Source: Macrostomum lignano
Taxonomy: Eukaryota
DNA length: 64,000 nt
NCBI GenBank assembly: GCA_002269645.1
Contig: NIVC01000291.1
Span: forward strand, 248,001 to 312,000
Direction: 5' to 3'
The first letter of the stretch is position 1; each line of letters opens with the position of its first letter. The position numbers were made by a program, and so were the translations under genes. Shown here one piece after another: positions 1-8,806 of this stretch. Below the pieces are notes generated by a model that was not told the DNA's origin, did not search any database, and saw only the letters and a program-made list of their open reading frames with translations.

Positions 1-1301
1 ATTGTTCAAAGAAGTGATGTAGCTGGGCCTCCACTCTCCGAACGTCCTATGCAGCTGTTTTCCAGTCGGATGAGTGTATGATGCACTTCCTACAGGCACT
101 GGAGGATGTCGCCATTGCAGCATACAAGTGGAATGCGCGACATAGTCATTACCCTGCCATTCGCTCTGTCCGGGAGGAAGAGCAGTTCCAGACTGCCACT
201 CATTGCTGCTTGTGCGAGAAATTTCTTGATGATGATCGCCACTTCCATCATGATCATCTCAATGGCAAGTTTTTGGGTGCTGCATGCCCGTCATGTAATG
301 AGTCAGCTGTTCTCAAGCGCGACTTTCTTCCAATCTTTTTTCACAATTTCCGAGGTTATGATTCACACTTGTTGTGCAGCACGGTGATCGGTCGTATGAA
401 ACATTGGGAACTAAGTGTCATTGCACAAACAAAGGAGCGTTACATGACTCTAGAAGCCCGGATACCTATTGAGTCGGTCTATGATTCATCTAAAGATCGT
501 TTGGTGCCAAAATTCATGCGTCTGCGTTTTCTCGACTCTTTCCAATTCATGGCGTCGAGTCTTGCTCAATTAGTGCGCAATCTAACCCCGGCAGACTGTC
601 ACTACACGATGGAGATGCAGCAGCGATATCCACTCGCCTCCACCGAAGTCCTACTGCGAAAGGGGGTGTTCTCCTATTCCTATGTAACTAGTGATTCGAA
701 TTTAGATGAGCAACAGCTCCCATCCCAAGAAGCTTTTGCTAACGACTTGAACAATGAGCCTTGCAACGATCAGGACTATGCAACTGCCCAGCGTGCCTGG
801 AGAGAGTTTGGATGTAAGACACTGCGCGACTACATGCTTGCATACCTTGAAATGGACATTCGCCAGCTCGCCGATGTGTTCGAGGCGTTTCGTCGAATGA
901 ACCTCACTTCGGATGGGCTAGACCCAGTGCATTTTATAACCACGCCGGGAATGTCTTTCGAAGCAGCGCTTAAGTACTGTAAATTGGAGCTTGAATTGCT
1001 GCAATGTCCAGAGTTGTACAGCTTATTTGAAGAGGGTACTCGTGGTGGTATGACATTTGTCAACACACACAGAGCCAAAGCCAACCATCCCGGACTCGGT
1101 GAGCTGTATGATTCGCATCAACCTCAAACCTATCTTATCCCCATCGACGCCAACAACCTCTACGGACACGCCTTGTCCACCAAACTGCCATGGTGTGGGT
1201 TCCAAGTGCTTGACACTGTACCACCAAACAATGAGGTTGAGAGATGGATCAGGGATGAGGGGTTTAAAACTGTCGATAAAATAATATATAAAACAAACTA
1301 A
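1..1301 (+). pseudogene. Protein-primed family B DNA polymerase (pPolB), open at the 5' window edge, apparent frameshift near 60, C-terminally truncated
   Basis: EndoVII-like Zn insert (CCLC...HHDHLNGKFLGAACPSCN), exo motifs FFHNFRGYDSHLL and YLEMDIRQLADVFEAFR, LRFLDSFQFMASSL, RKGVFSYSY, motif A DANNLYG. Motifs B and C are absent; the frame runs into AT-rich DNA after ~1265. Confidence 0.9.
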
Positions 1302-1690
1302 ATTCAAATCGAAATACTAGTTTTTGTGTAAAATTAAATCGTGTAAAACAATGTAAAATTTCATGCACTTAAAAAAGGTTAAAAATCTCCATTGAAATAC
1401 ATGTGTTTTATGCAAAAGTATGCAAGTTTTCGTCCAGTGATTAAAAGTATGCAATACGGCGTGAATTTTTCGACAAAATGCGTCAATTTTCATGCACAGG
1501 TTCGGGTACAAATCCCTATTGAAATACATGTATTTTGTGCACAAGTATGCAAGTTTTCGTGCACAGTGTTAAAAAGTATGCAAAGTGTTGAGGTTTTTTG
1601 TGCACACATTCGGGTAAAAATTCCCATTGAAATGTATGTATTTTGTGCAAACATGCATGCTTTTTCGCGCACAACAGAGGCTAGAAACGC
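1265..1690. repeat. Degenerate AT-rich tandem repeat (~110-130 bp period) replacing the pPolB 3' half
   Basis: TTGAAATAC/GTATG...AGTATGCAAGTTTTCGT...AAAAGTATGCAA blocks recur near 1392, 1519 and 1627. Confidence 0.6.
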
Positions 1691-1784
1691 TAAATCCGCA
1701 GAAACTGGTGGGGGTGGGCAGTTATTATTTTTTTCAAGCAGGTGTTTGGCATAAGAAAATGATAGGTACTAGAAATTTGGTAAA

Positions 1785-3003
1785 ATGAAAAAGAAAAAGG
1801 CAATTTCAAACCTTCTGCCAGGTATTTATTTTGACTGCAGTAGACCGGGCAGCTATGGCGGCTATCAGGCATTAAAACGAGAGTTGCACAAACAGCACGG
1901 ACCCAAGTTTAGTGTAGGGCAGGTATGTATATACGATATACTTCTAAACCAATGATTTTTTAGAAAATTCCAGCTTAGGTTTTTAGTTTTATCCACTAGC
2001 TAGCAATTTCCAGTTTTTACAATTAAAGGTAAAAACGTGGCTCCAAGACCAAGATGTCTACACACTGCATAGAGATAAACGCAAAAACTTTCGTCGAGCA
2101 CCGATTGTGGTGCGGGGCATGGATGACCAGTGGGAACTGGACCTGGTTGAAATGCTACCGTTTGCCAAGTACAATGGCGGCGTACGATATATTTTATGCT
2201 GCATTGATGTGCTCAGCAAGTTTGCCTGGGCTCAGCCGGTGCGCCGCAAGACAGCCGAGGAGGTTGCAGCCGGATTCGAAGCGATCCTAAATCGAGCTCA
2301 CCCTCGATGCCCACGAGCAGTTCGGACCGACCGTGGAAAAGAGTTTTGTAACACCCAGTTCCGAGCCCTCTGCGTAAACCACAAAATTCATGCATTCACA
2401 TCAAGTAGTGACCAGAAATGCGCAGTCATTGAGAGATGGAACCGCACACTGAAATCCCGAATGTGGCGGTACTTCCGTCACAAGTCAACATTAACCTGGA
2501 CCGATGTGCTTCAACCCTTAGCAAAGGCATACAACCAGAGTATTCATCGGAGTATTCAAAGCCGACCAGTTGATGTCGACAAGTCAAACGAGATGGAAAT
2601 TTGGCACCGGCTTTACGATGGGAAGCTTCCTGAGACTCGTGAAAAGGTCTCCAGACCAAAGTTCAAGGCAGGAATGATGGTGCGAATCTCTCTTCGCAAT
2701 CTGGCCAACCCATTCACCAAGGGCTACACAAGGGGATGGAGTGAGGAAGTATTTGAAGTCAAGTCCCTCCACCCCAAGCATTATCCATACATGTACACTC
2801 TGATCGATGCCCGAGGTGAAGAGTTGGAAGGCAAGTTTTACGAGCCGGAAATGCAGCAAGTGACAGGAAACAAGAAGCTGTGGATCATCGACAAGGTTCT
2901 CAACATTAAGAAGCTGAAGAGTGGAAAGATTCGGTATTTGGTTCAGTGGCGCGATTCAGAAAAACCCAGTTGGATTGACGAAAAAGACTTAAGAAAAATA
3001 TGA
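1785..3003 (+). CDS. Maverick rve (DDE) integrase with C-terminal chromodomain, 2 exons (1785-1922, 2029-3003), ~370 aa
   Basis: Exon 1 MKKKKAISNLLPGIYFDCSRPGSYGGYQALKRE matches the Maverick integrase N-terminus. CAG|GTATGT...TTAAAG|GTA gives a phase-0 join to VKTWLQDQDVYTLH. Catalytic WELDL, RTDRGKEF, IERWNRTLK; chromodomain WIIDKVL...YLVQW...SWI. Confidence 0.92.
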
Positions 3004-3782
3004 AAAGGCAAAGATTTCAGGTAATGTCCGGCCCCGATGATGACCCGGCCAACTTTACTGCTGAGCTGCTGCATCCTGTGCTGCTGGATTCTGCTTTGGA
3101 CTATGAGTTGGGTCTGCTTGGAATCAGTTTTATCAACTGCATCTACACGATCCCTCATCCATTGTCGCTATATTATCAGCTTGAGGGTTCAATGCAATGT
3201 GCTGAAATTCCAGCTGGGCGCTACAATGACTTGAATGAGCTGATTGATGCAGTAAATGCTTTACTGATTGTAAAAGATTTTGATGAGTCTGGAATTGGCG
3301 AAACACCTATAAATGTGCATCTAATTAAATTTACCCTTGATTCAGTTAGCCATCATGTATACTATCAAATGGCTGGGATCTGTGGGAGATTTATCTTTCC
3401 AGAAAACAGCCAGATGGGGAAAATCTTTGGTGCTGCGCAGACAACCTATAGCGAGCAGGCAGGATGCTTTGAACGACCTGGCATGAACCCGGCCTGGAAT
3501 ACGGATTTGCTGCTTGTTGAGTGCGATCAGATTAGCCCGCGCTGTATTGGAAATCAGTTTACTCCAGCACTGCAGACTTTGAATATTGGTGGTCTTTTGC
3601 AGGATCACCGGTCGGAACTCATCTATAAGAATAAGCTGTTCTTCCCAATAGCAGCAAACCACCGCTTAACACACATGCAAATACGGCTACGACCGATCAA
3701 CTGTATCGAATCTATCCGATTACTCTTTGGACCCACAGTCTTGACTTTTGAGCTGCGTGAGTCATGGACATTCGACAAGTGA
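3000..3782 (+). CDS. Maverick minor capsid protein (penton-like, PX)
   Basis: ANFTAELLHPVLLDSALDYELGLLGISF and LLVECDQISPRCIGNQFTPALQ resemble the conserved Maverick mCP blocks; position is between integrase and MCP. Confidence 0.8.
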   Translation: MKRQRFQVMSGPDDDPANFTAELLHPVLLDSALDYELGLLGISFINCIYTIPHPLSLYYQLEGSMQCAEIPAGRYNDLNELIDAVNALLIVKDFDESGIGETPINVHLIKFTLDSVSHHVYYQMAGICGRFIFPENSQMGKIFGAAQTTYSEQAGCFERPGMNPAWNTDLLLVECDQISPRCIGNQFTPALQTLNIGGLLQDHRSELIYKNKLFFPIAANHRLTHMQIRLRPINCIESIRLLFGPTVLTFELRESWTFDK

Positions 3783-4027
3783 CCGAGTTTTATCGAGGCA
3801 GTTGCTTCAAACTTCCTCATGGGCACGGATATCCCACATCGCTGCTATCTCGACTGCCCCCTGAGACTCATGAAAATGCAGTTCTCCTTTCCCGCATACC
3901 ACCTCCATCGCAGAAAAAACATAAGAAAACGCCAAAAATCAAACCAAAGAAGAGCAAGCCAGTGCCCACAAAAAAGCGCAAGATACCGTTAAAAACAGTC
4001 AACCGAGTGCTCGATTCACTCTCATAA
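3764..4027 (+). CDS. Small basic protein, possible DNA-packaging/core protein
   Basis: 87 aa with FYRG...HGHG motif and a Lys-rich tail (KKHKKTPKIKPKKSKPVPTKKRK); sits directly before MCP with a TAATG overlap. Confidence 0.5.
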   Translation: MDIRQVTEFYRGSCFKLPHGHGYPTSLLSRLPPETHENAVLLSRIPPPSQKKHKKTPKIKPKKSKPVPTKKRKIPLKTVNRVLDSLS

Positions 4028-5300
4028 TGTATCGGACAAATCCACGGCTCAATCTGTTTGAGCCAATGACGCATGAAATTGGAGTGGATAGGTCTCACTT
4101 CATGGACTTTCATCCCATCGGCAGTCTCACGACTCCTGATGCACCGATTGAATTCGACTGCCACGCCTCCTCTGAGGACTACACCGATCTGCACGCCACA
4201 GTGCTGCAAGTCACTTGCCGGATAACTCGTGTGATAAACAATGCAGAGCTGACTAATGAAGATGATGCCCATGTCGGACTATCGAATCTCCCGCTTGCCA
4301 GCCTGTTTCGTGATGTCACTGTAAAACTCAACCAGCGGGTTGTGAGTGGTGGGGACCAGCTCTACCCATATCGAGCAATGCTTCAAGTGCTGACCAGCAG
4401 CAATGCCAACCAGCTTCAAGAACTGGCGGCCGCAGGTTATTATCCAGATACCGCTGGAGAGAGTGACACCATTGGGGAGCAAAATCATGGATTCACAAAT
4501 CGTGCGAGATTGCATGAGGCTTCTGCTGTTGTGCAATATGCCGGCCCGTTGTTTTCAGACATTTTCTCAATCCGGCAGTATCTGCTAAACCAAATCAGCC
4601 TGCAGGTCAAATTGACCCGGCATTGCAGCGCTTTTTCGTTGATGGTACCCAATAATGGAGTTGAATACCGTGTTGAAGTCGACAATGCTATTCTGCTTTT
4701 GAGGCGTCTCCGAGTAAACCCAACAGTGGCTCTCGCACATGAACAGGGGCTCTCACAACGTAATGCTCTCTACCACTTTGATAGAAGAGAGCTTCAGACA
4801 TTCACATTTTCTGTTGGGACAAGAAACAAGAGTCTCGATTCAATCACGCATGGTCAGCTGCCAAAATTTGTGCTCCTTGGAATGGTCAGCCAGACTGCTT
4901 TCAATGGATCTCTGCACCACAACCCGTTTTGGTTCAAGCATTTGGATTGAATAGTTTAAGCCTGTTTGTCAATGGAGAGCCAATTACTGGGCAGCCCATA
5001 GAACCACAGCAGCAGCACTCATCCGAATTTTTGCAGTTTGCCCGCAGTCTCGGTGGAAAATATTGCATAAGCTTTGATGAATATCGAGATAGTGCCTATC
5101 TGCTTGCGTTTGACCTTAGTCCAAGTGGCGATGAAGTAGGCAGCTGGTTTGGTCATAGGCAGGGTCAACTACGACTGGATATTCGCTTTTCCAACGCTCT
5201 CGCACAGCCAGTCACACTCATCTGCTTGTGCGTGTATGTGCGTGTATGCATGGAAATCACTAAAGAGAGGGATGTGCTGCTGGATTATCGCAGAGCATGA
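4027..5300 (+). CDS. Maverick major capsid protein (double jelly-roll, PY), split by an apparent 1-nt frameshift at 4941-4943
   Basis: DFHPIGSL...PIEF, YTDLHAT, LSNLPLASLFRDVTVKLN, YPYRA, GQLPKFVLLGMV, NPFWFKH then (shifted frame) GLNSLSLFVNG, YLLAFDLSP, GQLRLDIRF, EITKERDVLLDY. Confidence 0.9.
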
Positions 5301-5769
5301 ATTCCGAAGAGTTGGAAGCGTTCATTTCTCGCTGCCCCACATCTGTGCGGGATGCCTATTGCGGAAATTTTACAGTTGGAACAGTGACACCATTTTTCGA
5401 TTCAACCTGCCGACCCTGCTGCTTCATTTTGTATGAGCCATGGAATGATGAGTGCGGTCACTGGATTGCTGGAGTAGTAACCAGTAAAGTGCATTGTGAA
5501 ATTTTCAACTCTTTGGGAGGCTTGAGTAAAAATATGAAGAGCTGGTTAAAGAAAACTAAACCACGCGGATGGTGCTACAATGGAATACGGTCCCTGTTCA
5601 GCCCAGTTCGTCAACTCTATGCGGCTGGTATTGCATTTTTTACTTGATCCATCGACTGCATAAGAGAATGTCATATAATGCCTTGTTCATCAAGGTTTTG
5701 CACCCGGCAGCTGTGGCTCAAAACGATGCAATCATACTCAGACTCAAAAATCAGTTGCAAGGTGTTTGA
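5297..5769 (+). CDS. Adenain-type cysteine (maturation) protease, apparent frameshift near 5567
   Basis: GHWIA (His), EIFNSLG (Asp position reads Asn), then in the shifted frame VQPSSSTLCGWYCIFY (Gln, Cys). Confidence 0.85.
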
Positions 5770-6385
5770 TTCCAGACTGCGGATGGGAGGCTGCATGATG
5801 GTTTCGGGCCCTTCTCGAGCGGGAAAATCAACATTCTGTTTGCGGTTGCTGTCCCAACGACTGCTTCTGTTCGACCAACCTCCCAAGCGGATGATTTGGT
5901 ATCACGGATGCCCGCAGCCGGAACTCCACGCGACTCTGCGGCGGCTAGGAGTGCAAGTATGTGAAGGATTATCGAATTTGGATCTGCAGCCCCATGACCT
6001 GATTGTGATTGACGATTTACTGGATGAAGCAGCTGCAAGTCGAGAGCTACGACATCTGTTCACCCGTGAGGCCCACCACAAGCCCTGCTTTGTCATTCTC
6101 ATCACGCAAAATCTATTTTTCAAAGGCAGAGAGTGGCGCACAATTAGCATAAATTGCACCTACATTGTGTTGTTCAACAACCCCAGAGACGCCTCTGCGG
6201 TCCAAGCTTTAAGTCAGCAATGCTTTCCCAAACGGCGCACTCTGCTAGTAGAACTGATGGATCGATTGGTGCGAGATGGAGATCAGCGCTATCTGCTGCT
6301 TGATTTTCACCCCGCTTCACCCCATGAACTGCGCCTGAGAGCCAATTTTCTCCCCGATGAGGCCCCGCAGCGAGTTTATCTATAA
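5724..6385 (+). CDS. Packaging ATPase (A32/FtsK-like); start codon uncertain
   Basis: Walker A GPSRAGKS, Walker B LIVIDD, FTREAHH, ITQNLF, RTISINCTYIVLFNNPRD. Confidence 0.92.
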
Positions 6386-6415
6386 GAATGGCTCAGTCTC
6401 TGCACTGAGTTAAAC

Positions 6416-6748
6416 ATGAATAAACACATTGCACTAATAACTGTCTTTTGTGAGGGCACTATATCCTTGCGTCGCTGCATACTTACCTATGCAAATAAAA
6501 GCACCATTTGCTTTTTGGTCGAGTGTATTATCAACTTACTAGCAGGAAAAGTTGGCTGTGAAGATAGCTTGAAGCGGAGACTCAGGCGATATCGAAATAC
6601 TCTCCGGCTTGTTGCACAAAGCAAAAGTGTGAAAGAGGCTCGGCGCAATCTCTCACACCCGCATATCCTTCGTTGTCTTCCTCTGATTCTCACCTGTATA
6701 AAAAGACATGTACAAGGAAATGATACTGGTACCCCGGTTGGAGTATGA
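6416..6748 (+). CDS. Maverick hypothetical protein (110 aa, basic, helical)
   Basis: ECIINLLAGKV...LKRRLRRYRNTLRLVA pattern resembles a small ORF common beside Maverick ATPases; compact gene packing. Confidence 0.65.
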   Translation: MNKHIALITVFCEGTISLRRCILTYANKSTICFLVECIINLLAGKVGCEDSLKRRLRRYRNTLRLVAQSKSVKEARRNLSHPHILRCLPLILTCIKRHVQGNDTGTPVGV

Positions 6749-7304
6749 GGCACTTGTGAATCAGAGGGGCATGGAGACAGTCTGTGAACCCGAGCTAGAG
6801 GCGGAAAAACAGTTGCGCAAGATTAGGGACGAGCGTTGCGTGCAGCAGCTGCAGGCAAGTGCGACCCAAGAACAGCCTCCAGTAATTCACAAAGAACCGC
6901 AGTGGAAGGAGGTTTTATATCTGACGGTGAATCAGAAATGGCATCATCGTCTGCAGGCATTGATTAGCTTCATAACCGTAAAGTGCAAGTCGATTAGCAT
7001 AGATGATACGTATGAAGTTTCTGTCAATGGTAAACCGTTGTACAACTCAAACATCGTGGACCTGCTGCATTTCATAGTTAAAGATACGTACTCTAAGTAC
7101 CTTCAGCCACCGAATGGGATTAATGAGTTTGTTACGTGTCTTCAAGAAAACCACGTGCCTCTGTCTGCAGTTGGTCTGAACACTACAAAATTGCTGGAAA
7201 AGCCTCGGGAAGAAAAGTCCAGTCCTAAAAAACCTCGACTGCAAGGCTATAAGAAGACTCAGTCTCAGAAAGGATACGGCAAGTGGATCAAGTGGCCAAG
7301 ATGA
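6708..7304 (+). CDS. Maverick hypothetical protein (198 aa)
   Basis: EMILVP N-terminus, VNGKPLYNSNIVDLL and PNGINEFVTCLQENHVP blocks resemble a conserved Maverick ORF; its stop overlaps the next ATG. Confidence 0.65.
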   Translation: MYKEMILVPRLEYEALVNQRGMETVCEPELEAEKQLRKIRDERCVQQLQASATQEQPPVIHKEPQWKEVLYLTVNQKWHHRLQALISFITVKCKSISIDDTYEVSVNGKPLYNSNIVDLLHFIVKDTYSKYLQPPNGINEFVTCLQENHVPLSAVGLNTTKLLEKPREEKSSPKKPRLQGYKKTQSQKGYGKWIKWPR

Positions 7305-7720
7305 TTGTCATTGATTTTGAAGGATTTCCGCACCTCTACAAAACAGAGGACTTTGTGATTAAGGAAATTGCATGGGTTGAGTTTGCATGCGGTCAAACGA
7401 CGGCTCATTACTATTGCTACCAGCCGCCGCACAGCTTTGAGCTCTTTGATCGAGGACAGCGACGAACCTGCTACTGGCTCACCAATAAGCGGCACGGTCT
7501 AGACTGGGACAGGAGTGGGTTCCGACCCTACTCTTGTCTCTGGAGCGATATCTCTCACTTGCAAGGCCCGATATTTAGCAAGGGGATGTCAAGTGCCAGT
7601 TCCTGTCGCGTCTGCTGCTGCAGCCTGTCTACGACCTCGCACACCTAGCCTTTCCGAGTGCCTCAAAGTACGTGCTACCCTGCGCCCTGGCCAAAGTGGC
7701 GCTGTACGCTGATTGGCTGC
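7301..7720 (+). CDS. DEDD/DnaQ-like nuclease-fold protein, apparent frameshift at 7582-7585; 3' end uncertain
   Basis: MIVIDFEGF (DxE motif), FVIKEIAW, WLTNKRHGLDW, IFSKG, then in the shifted frame DVKCQFL...VYDLAHLAFP...CALAKVALYADWL. Confidence 0.65.
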
Positions 7721-7747
7721 GGCCTCGCGGCTACGGGTCTATAAAAG
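7712..7747 (+). promoter_or_regulatory. Inverted CCAAT box (ATTGG 7712-7716) plus TATA box (TATAAAAG 7740-7747) upstream of the TBP-like gene
   Basis: Consensus motifs; the TATA box ends 46 nt before the ATG at 7793. Confidence 0.55.
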
Positions 7748-7792
7748 TAGCGATCTGCAGCAGGCACTGGCGTTTCTCTCGATTGTCTAAAG

Positions 7793-8392
7793 ATGGTCGC
7801 AACAATTCGCGTGACAAACATCGTGACAGGAGCCGACCTGGCGACCCGGGTGGGTCTGCCACAACTAGCGAATTTCCTGACTCTTCATCTGCCTCAGTAT
7901 CACACAATCCGCCATCGCCTGGTTCATCCTCGAACACTGGCAGTGGTGATGAAGAGCGGGCAGCATCGAGTAACCGCGCTGGTGTATCCCACCGGACAAG
8001 TGTCTGTCTGTGGAGCCAAAAGCCTGGAGGAAGCTCTCGCAGAGACGGAGAAGATTGTGAAGCTGTGTGCGGACTTCTTGCGATTGACCAGTCTGCCCCA
8101 GATTCGCATCAAGACTATTACCTCTGTGACGGCCTTTCCCGCGGGTCCGCATCCACTCCGGTTGGGGGAAGTCAAGTCTAAATGGCCGCATCGGGGCACC
8201 TATGAGCCGGAAATGTTTAACGGACTTGTGCTCGAGTTTACTGCCTCTGTAAAGTTGATTTTGTTTCATTCATATCGCTGTATAATAGCTGGTGCTCGCA
8301 GCGTGGTTGAGGCTCAGACTGCAGCTGATGCCCTCTCTCGCATTTTGCTACCAGATCAAGCATCCGAACCTACTTTGCTGGACTCTGACTGA
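7793..8392 (+). CDS. TATA-binding-protein (TBP)-like protein, 199 aa, encoded by the Maverick
   Basis: Aligns by eye along the whole two-repeat TBP core: TNIVTGADL~[34 protein letters not shown]~[40 protein letters not shown]~[29 protein letters not shown]~IVLLIFVSGKVVLTGAK. Intronless and uninterrupted. Confidence 0.9.
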   Translation: [199 protein letters not shown]

Positions 8393-8399
8393 GCTCCTC

Positions 8400-8800
8400 T
8401 ACGGCATAACAGTAGTAGTGAGATCTGCCTATGCACCGAGTAATAATAATAATATTTTTGCTGTAACTTTACTTCTGTATTTTTTGTGTACAAAATATAA
8501 GAAAAAATAAACGCGAATGCGACTATGTTTGTGCAACAATGCTTACGAAAATGAAAGTTTTTTTTATTTTATTGGCAGGTCCATGGATTGCAAAGCATAA
8601 AATTACATGTTAAAAGCTCGTATTAGCACAAAAAAAGTTTATGAAGAATGGAAGGGCAGTATTAAGGCCCGTCGCGTGTATTTACAAAACAGTATTATCG
8701 CCAGGAATCAAAGCATGATGGGGAAATATTATGGCCAGTATTGACAAAGCAATATATACAACAGTGCATGATCAGTACTATGGTTCAAAACTATATTAAA
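8400..8800. terminator. AT-rich region between convergent genes with poly(A) signals
   Basis: AATAAA at 8506-8511 after the TBP-like stop; TTTATT near 8565 (AATAAA on the minus strand). Confidence 0.45.
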
Positions 8801-8806
8801 AAAAAG

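Noticed and set aside
1725-1762. Possible terminal micro-exon (TTTTCAAGCAG|GTGTTTGGC...TGA) completing pPolB
   Set aside because: Would add only a few residues, has no convincing donor and cannot supply the missing polymerase motifs.
4929-4950. Programmed ribosomal frameshift in the major capsid gene
   Set aside because: No heptameric slippery site or obvious downstream structure, and similar 1-nt gaps occur in three other genes; error or decay is simpler.
3764-7304. Assigning the labels PW/PZ/PM to the small Maverick ORFs
   Set aside because: I cannot match them to those named families reliably without a profile search.
7672-8181. 169-aa ORF as an independent gene
   Set aside because: Its start is the shifted tail of the nuclease gene and the rest is an alternative frame of the TBP-like gene with no recognisable motif.
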